A DNA stretch of 64,000 nucleotides from an uncultured Muribaculaceae bacterium (GTDB lineage Bacteria > Pseudomonadota > Alphaproteobacteria > Rs-D84), in assembly GCA_964371145.1 (NCBI GenBank), contig CAYJKO010000002.1, positions 14,330 through 78,329 on the forward strand. Reading direction: 5' to 3'. Made by a program: the position numbers and the translations under genes. A model generated the notes under the pieces. It searched no databases, was not told the DNA's origin, and was given only the letters and a program-made list of their open reading frames with translations. This document shows positions 18,255-27,103 of this stretch, piece by piece; the first letter of the stretch is position 1; every line of letters begins with the position of its first letter.

Positions 18255-19351
18255 TTTAAAATCGCCTTTATTGCATTTATAACAGAATCAGCATCTTCGC
18301 GTGAATTCCACCAACCAGGAGATATTCTGACGCCGCCCGAATACCCCATTTTGTTGAACGCCCAAGACGCACAACAATTACCAACACGTACACAAATATT
18401 ATAAGCCGACATAAAAGCACCAAAATCCAAATAATGCATATCATCTATTACAAAAGTAATAAAACAAGAATTTTCATCTGTTAAAAATTTAATTCTTTTT
18501 ATTTCTGACAATTGATCATAAATATATTTTGTGAGAATTGCAACATCCTTCCATTTATCCATATTGTCTATAACGGATGACAGCCCAGATATTTGAACCA
18601 AAGGCAATGTTCCGGCTTCAAATTTATTTGCGCCCATTGCAAAATCAATATTGCTCAAAACATTTGTAACCATTCCGCCACCAAAATTATCGGGCATCCA
18701 AACATCTAAATCTTTTACGTACATTATTCCCAAACCGGTATCTCCGCCCATTTTATGAACTGAAAAAACCAAAAAATCGCAATCCCAATCATTCACATCA
18801 ATTTTACTGTGCACGACGTATTGCGCCGCATCCACAATAACAACAGCATTTGGATTTATTTGTTTTACGCGATTAATCAATTCTTTAATATTTTGTTTTT
18901 TACCCAAAACATTCGACATAGCGGTTAAAACAAAAACATCAATTTTTGATATATTGTCTAATACAATATTATAATCAGAATCTAAATCCACAACTTGCAA
19001 ATCACACAAATTATTATCGTGTGAGATTTGCCAAGGCAATCTTGCACTGTGATGATCTAAATCCGATACGGCAACGTTTGGTTTTTTTATTTTATTTAAT
19101 ACCATTCGCATTATTTGATTGGTTGCCGCCGTTGTTCCAGATGTAAAAACTATATTATCATTTTTTGCGCCAATAAAATCCGCGATTTTTTCTCTGGCAT
19201 TATTTACCATATTATCAACAAAAACAGAGTTCGCACAAACACCCCGGCCGTGGTTTGCATAATGGTTTTTTATAAAATCCATTTGGGCATCCAGCCCGCT
19301 TTTAAATTTCAATGCAGATGCCGCAGCATCCATATATATGATTTTGTTCAT
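18251..19351 (-). CDS. sufS: cysteine desulfurase (class V aminotransferase, SufS/CsdA-like)
   Basis: 366 aa. PLP-lysine motif SVHKMGGDTGLG, active-site Cys loop RVGNCCASWAF, aminotransferase class V fold. Somewhat short for a canonical SufS. Confidence 0.75.
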   Translation of the reverse strand: MNKIIYMDAAASALKFKSGLDAQMDFIKNHYANHGRGVCANSVFVDNMVNNAREKIADFIGAKNDNIVFTSGTTAATNQIMRMVLNKIKKPNVAVSDLDHHSARLPWQISHDNNLCDLQVVDLDSDYNIVLDNISKIDVFVLTAMSNVLGKKQNIKELINRVKQINPNAVVIVDAAQYVVHSKIDVNDWDCDFLVFSVHKMGGDTGLGIMYVKDLDVWMPDNFGGGMVTNVLSNIDFAMGANKFEAGTLPLVQISGLSSVIDNMDKWKDVAILTKYIYDQLSEIKRIKFLTDENSCFITFVIDDMHYLDFGAFMSAYNICVRVGNCCASWAFNKMGYSGGVRISPGWWNSREDADSVINAIKAILK

Positions 19352-19423
19352 CTTGTTATTTTTCCTTGATTTATATAATGATTATACTAAACTTTTATAA
19401 AATATCAACCAAGGAGAATAGAT

Positions 19424-19741
19424 ATGAGTTTAAAACATTTAAATGATGAAACTTTTGCAGACGCAATAACATCTGGTATAACTCTGGTGGATTTTTGGGC
19501 AGATTGGTGTGGACCATGTAAAATGTTCGGACCTATATTTGAAGAAGCCGCAAATAAAAATTCAGACATCAATTTTGCAAAATTTGAATTGGATGAAAAA
19601 AATCGTCGAACAGCCGCACAATACGGTATTCGCAGCATACCAAGTGTATTGGCATTTAAAGACGGAAAATTAATAGAAGTCAGAACCGGCGTTATGGACA
19701 TTGACACTATTTCTGATTGGATAAAAGATTTAAAAGGATAG
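19424..19741 (+). CDS. trxA: thioredoxin
   Basis: 105 aa with the WCGPC active site. Confidence 0.9.
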   Translation: MSLKHLNDETFADAITSGITLVDFWADWCGPCKMFGPIFEEAANKNSDINFAKFELDEKNRRTAAQYGIRSIPSVLAFKDGKLIEVRTGVMDIDTISDWIKDLKG

Positions 19742-19747
19742 ATTGTT

Positions 19748-20176
19748 ATGGTAAAAACAGACTATAAAACATTAGAATTGTCTCCGAAATATATTCCTAA
19801 AAAAACAGAAGAATATATGTGCAAAGAACAAAAGGCTTATTTTTATCAATTATTAAGCCAACAAAAATTGGACCTGGAAAATCAAACTGATCCGGCGTTA
19901 AATTCTGTTCGTTTGGCAGAAAAATTGGATAACGCGGGTGTTGGTGACGATTCGGACAAATCAAATTTGGAACAAGAAATGATTAAAGATTTGAAAATTT
20001 CCAGCCGTAACAACAATTTATTAAACAAAATTAATATTGCATTGGATCGTTTGGAAAAAGGCACATTTGGTTTAAGCGTTTTATCCGGCGAAGAAATTGG
20101 AATCAAAAGAATGTTGGCGCGTCCATTGGCAACTTTGACAATCGAAGAACAAGAAGAACGCGAAAGCAACGAATAA
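19748..20176 (+). CDS. dksA: DksA-family RNA-polymerase-binding factor, Cys-less variant
   Basis: 142 aa, colinear with E. coli DksA (EEYMCKEQKAYFYQLL vs EEYMNEAQLAHFRRIL; GTFGLSVLSGEEIGIKRMLARPLATLTIEE vs [28 protein letters not shown]). All four Zn-finger Cys positions are non-Cys. The coiled-coil tip acidic pair (DDSD) is present. Confidence 0.7.
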   Translation: MVKTDYKTLELSPKYIPKKTEEYMCKEQKAYFYQLLSQQKLDLENQTDPALNSVRLAEKLDNAGVGDDSDKSNLEQEMIKDLKISSRNNNLLNKINIALDRLEKGTFGLSVLSGEEIGIKRMLARPLATLTIEEQEERESNE

Positions 20177-20179
20177 AAA

Positions 20180-20217
20180 AAACGGGCAAAAATGCCCGTT
20201 TCTTATTTTTTCTTTTT
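20180..20217. terminator. bidirectional rho-independent terminator between convergent dksA (+) and tatA (-)
   Basis: AACGGGCAaaaaTGCCCGTT: 8-bp stem, 4-nt loop. Flanked by an A-run on the 5' side and a T-run on the 3' side. Confidence 0.75.
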
Positions 20218-20382
20218 AGGTGATTTGCCGGTTTTTTTTACCGGTTTTTTGTCATCCATTTCTTTTTTGAATATATTGATACCGTTTGCAATATTTTTCA
20301 TTAATCCCGGTATTTTATTATGTCCGAATAAAACGATAACCAACACCAATACTAATAATATTTCTAACCATCCAAATCTCAT
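20203..20382 (-). CDS. tatA: twin-arginine translocase subunit TatA/E (59 aa, below the ORF-track size cutoff)
   Basis: Manual minus-strand translation gives MRFGWLEILLVLVLVIVLFGHNKIPGLMKNIANGINIFKKEMDDKKPVKTGKSPKKKKK. This is the TatA hallmark of an N-terminal TM helix, then FG-hinge, then amphipathic helix (..GINIFKKEM). GGAG RBS 8 nt upstream. Confidence 0.7.
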   Translation of the reverse strand: MRFGWLEILLVLVLVIVLFGHNKIPGLMKNIANGINIFKKEMDDKKPVKKTGKSPKKKK

Positions 20383-20392
20383 AATTTATCTC

Positions 20393-21172
20393 CTATTTTG
20401 TTGGGTAACATTCCATACCATCTGATCTTGCATTAGAGCAGAAATTTTTAGCATCTGAAAATGTTTTAAATCCAACGCGTAATCTGTATGTTGTTTTGCC
20501 ATCTTTTAATTTTGATGGGACAACGATAAAGCTTTTGTCCGACAACAAGCTTTTATGTTTTGTTTTCAAAGTTTTTTCACCAGCATTTGCCAATTTTTGT
20601 GTGGAATAAGACCCCAATTGTCCGAACCAAGTAAACCCTGTTGTTTTCGCCACAGTTTTTGCGACCGGCTTAGACACAGGTTTCGCAGGTGTCACAGTTT
20701 TCGTTGTAACCGGACGAGGTGCGGGTTTTGCAACCGATTTTACAACAGCGGGTTTCGCGACCGGCTTTGCCACAGGTTTTGCAACAGGCGCCGCTACAAC
20801 TTTTTCTGTGAATACAACGGCTGGTCTGTCCGCTATTTCACGAACAGTTACACCATTTTCATCAACAGAAACTTTGTTTACAGATTCGGATAAATTAATA
20901 TCTCCCCCCTGCTGACCATCAACAGACACAACAACAGGTTCGTCTAAATCCACTTCAATAGAAGAACTTTTATCGCCGCCCATAAAACTGATAATTGTTA
21001 TCAACGCGATAACCAACACAACCGTTGCACCACCGAAAATCATTAAACTCCAAGGCTTTTTAGGTTGCGGATTATTTATAAAAAGATTTGATTCTGCAAA
21101 ACCTTCTATTTCGACATCTTCGTCCAAATTCAGCATATCTAAATTTTCATTTATTTTATTTTCTTCGTTCAT
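20393..21172 (-). CDS. SPOR-domain cell-division protein (FtsN/DedD-like)
   Basis: 259 aa. Cytoplasmic N-terminus, one TM helix, Pro/Ala/Lys/Val repeat linker (VAKPVAKPVAKPAVV..). C-terminal SPOR-like domain (FTWFGQLGSYSTQKLANAG.. YRLRVGFKTFSDAKNFCSNARSDGMECY) with two Cys. Confidence 0.6.
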   Translation of the reverse strand: MNEENKINENLDMLNLDEDVEIEGFAESNLFINNPQPKKPWSLMIFGGATVVLVIALITIISFMGGDKSSSIEVDLDEPVVVSVDGQQGGDINLSESVNKVSVDENGVTVREIADRPAVVFTEKVVAAPVAKPVAKPVAKPAVVKSVAKPAPRPVTTKTVTPAKPVSKPVAKTVAKTTGFTWFGQLGSYSTQKLANAGEKTLKTKHKSLLSDKSFIVVPSKLKDGKTTYRLRVGFKTFSDAKNFCSNARSDGMECYPTK

Positions 21173-21248
21173 AATTTTCTCCGTGTCAAAGTTTATATAT
21201 ATATTATAACATATAAAGCCGCAATAATCAAAGCGGCTTTATATATTT

Positions 21249-21389
21249 TTATTTTGGCATCTGTCCAAATGTTTTAGGAACAATTAATTTTTTATTTTGT
21301 TCCACAATCGGTTCAGATTCACATTTTTGGCAAGCCCCCACAGACACAGCCAAAACACACAAAGTTAAAACTGTTAATATTTTTTTCAT
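21249..21389 (-). CDS. small secreted/lipoprotein-like peptide (46 aa)
   Basis: Manual translation gives MKKILTVLTLCVLAVSVGACQKCESEPIVEQNKKLIVPKTFGQMPK. Signal peptide with a lipobox-like VGAC. GGAG RBS upstream. Sits 17 nt downstream of the thrS stop, and a hairpin (aaagccgc..gcggcttt) follows it. Confidence 0.4.
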   Translation of the reverse strand: MKKILTVLTLCVLAVSVGACQKCESEPIVEQNKKLIVPKTFGQMPK

Positions 21390-21405
21390 ATCCATCTCCC
21401 TTTTT

Positions 21406-23148
21406 TTATTCCAATGGTAATTTGATTTCTTTTGCGATAAATGTCACAAAATCATTCAATTCCATAACATCTTGTTTGTCCGATCCCAAACGTCTGATGG
21501 TTACAGATTTATCCATTTGTTCTTTTTCACCCACAACCAAGATAATCGGTGTTTTTGACAAAGACAATTCGCGTATTTTATAATTTACTTTTTCATCACG
21601 CATATCTGCCCTTGTTGAAACTCCGGCTGATTTCAAAGATTTTACAACATCCATTGCGTAATCTTTATACTTTATCGACACAGGTACAACCACGACCGGT
21701 TCAGGCGACAACCACAACGGCAAATGTCCGCCTGTTGATTCCAATAACACGCCCATAAATCTTTCGATACTGCCCAACATTGCGCGATGCAACATAATTG
21801 GTCTGTGATTTTGTCCGTCTTCGCCAACGTAAGACAAATTAAATCTTTCTGGCAAATTCATATCCAATTGTACAGTTCCGCATTGCCAAACGCGCCCGAT
21901 TGAATCTTTCAAATAACAATCAATTTTTGGCCCATAAAATGCGGCATCTCCCGGTTCAATTTGAAAATCTAAATCATTTTTTTCCAGCGCATTTTGCAAA
22001 GCGCCTTCGGCTTTGTCCCAGATTTCGTCTGACCCGATACGGAATTCAGATTCTTTACGTGTCGCCAATTTCATATGAACATTATCAAATCCGAATTTAG
22101 AATAAATATCTTTGATAAATTTCAATACTTTTACAACCTCGCCTTCTAATTGATCTGGTGTGCAGAAAATATGAGCATCATCTTGAGTAAATTCACGTAC
22201 TCGCATTAATCCTGACAATCCGCCTGCGGCTTCATATCTGTTAACTTTTCCGAATTCTGCCACATACATCGGCAATTCTTTATAAGAAGTTATTCCATGA
22301 CCGAAAACCAACATACCGCCCGGACAAGACATAGGTTTAATACAAAAAGTTTTACCATCTTGTGTTGTGCCTGAATAATTATGTTCACCATATTTTGCCC
22401 AATGCCCGGATGTTTCCCATAAAACTTTGTCCATAACGGCCGGAGTTGATATTTCTGTATAACCCGCCATTTCTTGACGAACGCGAACAAATTCAATTAA
22501 TTTACGATAAATTTTATAACCTTTGTCGTGCCAAAAAACAGACCCCGGTGCATATTCTGGTTCAAAATGGAATAAATCCATGTCGCGTCCCAATTTTCTG
22601 TTATCACGTGCGGCGGCTTCTTCCAACATTTTTAAATGTTGATCTAATTCTTCTTTTGTTAAAAAAGCATCAACATAAATTCTTTGCAACATTTTATTGT
22701 TTGAATCTCCGCGCCAATAAGCACCCGCAACCGATTTAATTTTAAACGAATCGCGTGGTAATTCTTTAGACGAATCAACATGTGGTCCGCGACATAAATC
22801 TGTAAAATCACGGAAACTGTATATAGACAGAGCTTCACCATTTTCGTCATATTCGTTTAACCACTCCATTTTATATGGTTGGTTTGCAAATATTTCTTTT
22901 GCATCCGCTGCCGACACTTCTTTTCTGATGAATTTTCCATCTGATTTAATAAGGCTGCGCATTTCTTTTTCTATTAAATCGAAATCCGCATCTGAAAATC
23001 TGTATTCAGAATCAAAATCATAATAAAAACCGTTTTCTATATTTGGACCACCGCCAAATTTTACGTCTGGGTGTAATTTCTGAACGGCTGCCGCCATAAC
23101 ATGCGCCAGACTGTGTCTAATTATTTCTATTTCATATTTATTTGACAT
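21406..23148 (-). CDS. thrS: threonyl-tRNA synthetase (no N-terminal TGS domain)
   Basis: 580 aa. Begins in the editing domain (IRHSLAHVMAAAV.. GGGPNIENGFYYDFD), followed by the class II catalytic core (..GAYWRGDSNNKMLQRIY..) and an anticodon-binding domain. Confidence 0.9.
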   Translation of the reverse strand: MSNKYEIEIIRHSLAHVMAAAVQKLHPDVKFGGGPNIENGFYYDFDSEYRFSDADFDLIEKEMRSLIKSDGKFIRKEVSAADAKEIFANQPYKMEWLNEYDENGEALSIYSFRDFTDLCRGPHVDSSKELPRDSFKIKSVAGAYWRGDSNNKMLQRIYVDAFLTKEELDQHLKMLEEAAARDNRKLGRDMDLFHFEPEYAPGSVFWHDKGYKIYRKLIEFVRVRQEMAGYTEISTPAVMDKVLWETSGHWAKYGEHNYSGTTQDGKTFCIKPMSCPGGMLVFGHGITSYKELPMYVAEFGKVNRYEAAGGLSGLMRVREFTQDDAHIFCTPDQLEGEVVKVLKFIKDIYSKFGFDNVHMKLATRKESEFRIGSDEIWDKAEGALQNALEKNDLDFQIEPGDAAFYGPKIDCYLKDSIGRVWQCGTVQLDMNLPERFNLSYVGEDGQNHRPIMLHRAMLGSIERFMGVLLESTGGHLPLWLSPEPVVVVPVSIKYKDYAMDVVKSLKSAGVSTRADMRDEKVNYKIRELSLSKTPIILVVGEKEQMDKSVTIRRLGSDKQDVMELNDFVTFIAKEIKLPLE

Positions 23149-23329
23149 TATTTCTTTCCTTTAAAAAATACTGTATTAATTTTATAAATTTATTTTATAT
23201 ATATTTCGCAAAAAAAGCGAACAAAAAGTTCTATACCCCCCAAGGGGTCGTTACAGTCGTGTTAAAGATAAAAGACATTTTTTTCATAACAATTATATTA
23301 TAGTTAAATAATCGTTAAAAATCAAGCCT

Positions 23330-24079
23330 TTACCCCACATACAAAACCGAACCGAATAAAACCGCGAAAAAGAAACATACCGATCCGCCGATTACGAACA
23401 AATGCCAAACCGCGTGAGAAAATTTCAATTTACGCCATAAATAAAACAAAACACCGATTGTATAAGATAATGCGCCCGCCAAAATAAACCACAATCCAAC
23501 GGGGTGAACCGTTTTAATCATAACAGGCAAAACAAAAATCAAAGCCCAACCCATAATTAAATATAATGCGACCATCCATTTCGGTTGATGTTTTGGACTG
23601 CGAATTTTCATATACGCGCCAAATATTGCAATTGCCCACAATATTCCAAACAAAGTCCAACCGACAATCCCGCGCATATTTACCAAACAAAACGGGGTAT
23701 ATGTTCCGGCAATCAAAGCATAAATTGCAACACTGTCCCATACTTCGAAAAAGCTTTCTGATTTTTCGCCTATCATTGCATGACACATTGTGCTGCCGAA
23801 ATATAATGTAAACATTGTTGTTCCAAATATAGCGGTAGATACAACCGCCCACGGATCACCTTTGATAACGGCATATGCAACCAACAAAGTCAATCCCGCA
23901 ATTGCCAAACCGATTCCAATACCGTGGGTTATTATATTTAAAACTTCTTCGCCCTTTGTCGCGGGTCTTTCCCATCTGAATAAACCGGTCTTTTGCAAGA
24001 TTTTTAACAATCCGTTTGCTCGATTATCGGATTTAATATTTTTTAATTTTTGTTTTTTAATTTTTTTCACAGTCGTCAT
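23330..24079 (-). CDS. hemolysin III family (PAQR/YqfA) membrane protein
   Basis: Seven TM helices with conserved His-containing motifs (..HGIGIG.., ..HAVWHLFVIGGS..). Start taken at MTTVKKIKK, avoiding overlap with gltX. Confidence 0.65.
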   Translation of the reverse strand: MTTVKKIKKQKLKNIKSDNRANGLLKILQKTGLFRWERPATKGEEVLNIITHGIGIGLAIAGLTLLVAYAVIKGDPWAVVSTAIFGTTMFTLYFGSTMCHAMIGEKSESFFEVWDSVAIYALIAGTYTPFCLVNMRGIVGWTLFGILWAIAIFGAYMKIRSPKHQPKWMVALYLIMGWALIFVLPVMIKTVHPVGLWFILAGALSYTIGVLFYLWRKLKFSHAVWHLFVIGGSVCFFFAVLFGSVLYVG

Positions 24080-24080
24080 T

Positions 24081-25685
24081 TTATATCGCCTTTTTAATTC
24101 TGGATTCAACCCTGTCTTTTCCCATAACGCACATCACAGAATATAAATCTGGCGCATTTGTACGACCTGTTAAGGCGACCCGTAAATTCATAGCAACGTC
24201 ACCTGATTTCATATCCATATCAGTTGCGATTGCGACAATTTTTTGCCACCACGTGTCTTTATCATCGGTATCATTATATGTATTTAAAAATGCTTTTAAA
24301 CAGTCCCCATTAAATTCATATTCAGAATTTGAAACAAATAAATCGTCCCAGAAATAAGAAATTTCATCCATTGTTTGTTTCATGCAAATAAAATCTTTAC
24401 GGATACGTTTTGGATTGTCACGTTCGATTGCCAATATATTTTTTAAATATTCGTCACACCCAACAATTCTTTGTTTCCATTCATTTCCATAATTTTGAAT
24501 CCAATTTTTTGCGGCTCCGAATAAATCGCCGATAGACATAGATGCGATATATTCTTTTGCCCACCAATCTAATTTTTGCATATTAAACAAAGCCGGACTG
24601 GTCGGAATTTTTTTAATTTTTAATGGAAAATTCCAAATATCTGTATCTGGTTTTTTTAATTTTTCTTCTTCAAATCCACTGCATACAATATTATACAAAT
24701 AATTTAATACAGCCGTGCGTGGATATCCAGATTCCAAATAAAAAGCAACGTTTGCTTCTGGATCAGTTCTTTTAGATAATTTACGTGAATTACCGGTATT
24801 TTCATCCAATTTATTAATTGTTGCAACGTGAATATAATCGGGCGCCACCCATTCCATCATGCGAAATAATTGCAAATGCAAATTCAAAGACGGCAACCAT
24901 TCTTCGCCACGTTGAACCAGATTGGTTCTCATATAATGATCGTCCACCAAATGCGCAAAATGATATGTTGGCAAACCATCATTTGATTTAATCAAAACGA
25001 TATCTTCGTTATTTTCTGGCAAAGCCAATCGGCCGCGTGTTTTATCATTGAAAAATATTTTATTATCCGGATTTCCAACGGAATATAATCTGACGCTTGG
25101 GATTTCACCGGCGTTTAATCTTTCAGTGATTTCAGATTCTTCGATATTTCTGTATTTTGCAAATTCACCATAAATACCGGTCATTTGACCAGATAATTTT
25201 TGCCCCGCGCGAATTTCTTCCATTTCAGAAGACGTTAAAAAGCAAGGATACGCCAAACCACGTTCCAACAAATCGGCGGCAACACTGTGATAAATATCGC
25301 GGCGTTCGGATTGAACATATGGTCCATATGCGCCCTGTTCATCTCCATTCAAATTCATACCCTCATCCGGATTTAACTCAAAATAATCGGCAGATTTTAA
25401 AATCAAATCAACTGCGCCATCTACTTCGCGTTTGGTGTCTGTATCTTCAATACGCAACATAAACACACCATTTGATTGAGAAGCCAATTTTTTCGCAATC
25501 AACATTTGATACAAAGTCCCCAAATGCATTAATCCCGTTGGGCTGGGTGCGACACGTGTTACATATGCACCATCTTCTAAATTGCGCGGCGGATACATCT
25601 TTTCCATATCATCCAAAGTCCATTTTGGCTTTGTGCCTAAAATTCTTTCTATTAAATTGCGTGAAATACCTGGTCTCATTTTCAT
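24081..25685 (-). CDS. gltX: glutamyl-tRNA synthetase (class I; longer than typical)
   Basis: 534 aa. HIGH-region RVAPSPTGLMHLGTLYQMLIA and KMSKS-like KLSKR. The C-terminal anticodon-binding region is extended relative to the ~470-aa norm. Confidence 0.8.
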   Translation of the reverse strand: MKMRPGISRNLIERILGTKPKWTLDDMEKMYPPRNLEDGAYVTRVAPSPTGLMHLGTLYQMLIAKKLASQSNGVFMLRIEDTDTKREVDGAVDLILKSADYFELNPDEGMNLNGDEQGAYGPYVQSERRDIYHSVAADLLERGLAYPCFLTSSEMEEIRAGQKLSGQMTGIYGEFAKYRNIEESEITERLNAGEIPSVRLYSVGNPDNKIFFNDKTRGRLALPENNEDIVLIKSNDGLPTYHFAHLVDDHYMRTNLVQRGEEWLPSLNLHLQLFRMMEWVAPDYIHVATINKLDENTGNSRKLSKRTDPEANVAFYLESGYPRTAVLNYLYNIVCSGFEEEKLKKPDTDIWNFPLKIKKIPTSPALFNMQKLDWWAKEYIASMSIGDLFGAAKNWIQNYGNEWKQRIVGCDEYLKNILAIERDNPKRIRKDFICMKQTMDEISYFWDDLFVSNSEYEFNGDCLKAFLNTYNDTDDKDTWWQKIVAIATDMDMKSGDVAMNLRVALTGRTNAPDLYSVMCVMGKDRVESRIKKAI

Positions 25686-25721
25686 AAATTCCTTGTTTTT
25701 ATCAAAAATAATTTTATACTA

Positions 25722-26369
25722 GTGTTTATGAAAATGCAAGAAATAAGAACTTTTGGTCGCGTTCACGGCAAAAAAATATCGAACCGACAACAATATCTGG
25801 TCGACAATGTTTTACCAGACGTTTTACCAAACGTAAATTGTGAAAACAATATTTTGGAAATCGGTTTTGGAAACGGAGAACATTTACGCGAAATATCAAT
25901 TGAATTTCCGAATAATACAGTTATTGGTGCAGAACCTTTTATGAATGGTGTTGCGTCTCTTTTGTCTTCTATATCAAACGAACAAAATGAAATATTGGAC
26001 GACCATAAAAACATTCGCATATGGGCGGATGACGTTCGTAAAATTTTAAATCCTGAAAATAATGAATTCATAGATATCAAATTTTCAAAGATTTTTGTCC
26101 TGCATCCCGATCCTTGGCCAAAGGCTCGTCACGAAAAACGCCGCTTGTTAAATTCTGAATTTTTGAAATTATTATCATCTCGTCTGATGACAGATGGCGA
26201 AATTATAATTGGAACAGATCATTGGGGTTATTACGATTGGGTAATAGAACAATTACAAAAAACCGATTTGAAAATTAAATCTGACAAAATGGACATTATC
26301 CAAACCAGATACCAACAGAAAAACAAAGCAAAAACAGAAAATCCGAAATATTTGATTTTATCTAAATAA
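25722..26369 (+). CDS. trmB: tRNA (guanine46-N7)-methyltransferase
   Basis: 215 aa. SAM-binding LEIGFGNGEHL and the TrmB motif VLHPDPWPKARHEKRRL. Confidence 0.8.
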   Translation: MFMKMQEIRTFGRVHGKKISNRQQYLVDNVLPDVLPNVNCENNILEIGFGNGEHLREISIEFPNNTVIGAEPFMNGVASLLSSISNEQNEILDDHKNIRIWADDVRKILNPENNEFIDIKFSKIFVLHPDPWPKARHEKRRLLNSEFLKLLSSRLMTDGEIIIGTDHWGYYDWVIEQLQKTDLKIKSDKMDIIQTRYQQKNKAKTENPKYLILSK

Positions 26370-26393
26370 CAATATATTTGTGTACGGCAGATT

Positions 26394-27047
26394 TTATGGT
26401 TTTAAAACAAATCTGACTTTGTTTGAAATGTCGGGATTATTTTTATTAATCAACCACCAAACATTTCTGACGCGCGGCGCATCATTACCAACATTAAAAT
26501 GAATTTCTTTAAAATCATTTGGATTTAATGCGTTCAACAAAGTATATATACGTCCCGCAAATATAGCCTTTTTATTATGCAAACTTTCAAAGCAAATAAA
26601 ATCTGGGTTTAACACCCCTATTTTTTCCAACAAAGATTCTTTCAAAGCCATAATATCATATTCATCCATTTTTATACACAACCCAAATTCTTTGTTTTTA
26701 AAAATATCGTCTTTAATTGGCAAAATCCCAGATATAAAATTATCTAAATTTTTTGCATCAACATTAAATCGAACCGAGTCCGCACCATTTTTAAAACAAG
26801 TTATAACATCGCCCAAAACAAAGCTGATATCTGAATCATAATCAAAACAAACCATAATTTTGGTCGAAGATTTTTCTAACCAAGCCCATAAAGATTCCAC
26901 AAATTCAGGTTTTGATATTATATATTTAATATTATTTTCATTTGCAATCGCAGACAGCCGCATTAAATCCAAGGCTTCTGTATAATACACAGAATCCCAT
27001 ACAATTAAATCTTTTATTTCGGTTAAAATATCATTTTTTTCAATCAT
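26394..27047 (-). CDS. hypothetical protein (weak DeoC-like TIM-barrel resemblance)
   Basis: 217-aa ORF with no signal peptide. It shows only weak pattern similarity to class I aldolase-like segments (..NIKYIISKPEFV..). Divergently oriented from the 27.1 kb locus. Confidence 0.4.
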   Translation of the reverse strand: MIEKNDILTEIKDLIVWDSVYYTEALDLMRLSAIANENNIKYIISKPEFVESLWAWLEKSSTKIMVCFDYDSDISFVLGDVITCFKNGADSVRFNVDAKNLDNFISGILPIKDDIFKNKEFGLCIKMDEYDIMALKESLLEKIGVLNPDFICFESLHNKKAIFAGRIYTLLNALNPNDFKEIHFNVGNDAPRVRNVWWLINKNNPDISNKVRFVLKP

Positions 27048-27103
27048 TTCCTTTTTACTTTATCATATTTATGATAAAATTAAAAGAAAGAAGGAAAAAA
27101 AAT

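Noticed and set aside
20192-20425. 77-aa plus-strand ORF (MPVSYFFFLGDLPVFF..)
   Set aside because: It is the antisense frame of the tatA gene, which has clear TatA features and an RBS. Its hydrophobic composition comes from the poly-T/poly-A codons.
23149-23329. Short CCCCccaaGGGG hairpin and AT-rich leader between thrS and the hemolysin-III gene, considered as a T-box or ThrS autoregulatory operator
   Set aside because: The stem is only 4 bp. I could not recognise a tRNA-Thr anticodon-arm mimic or a T-box specifier/antiterminator structure by eye.
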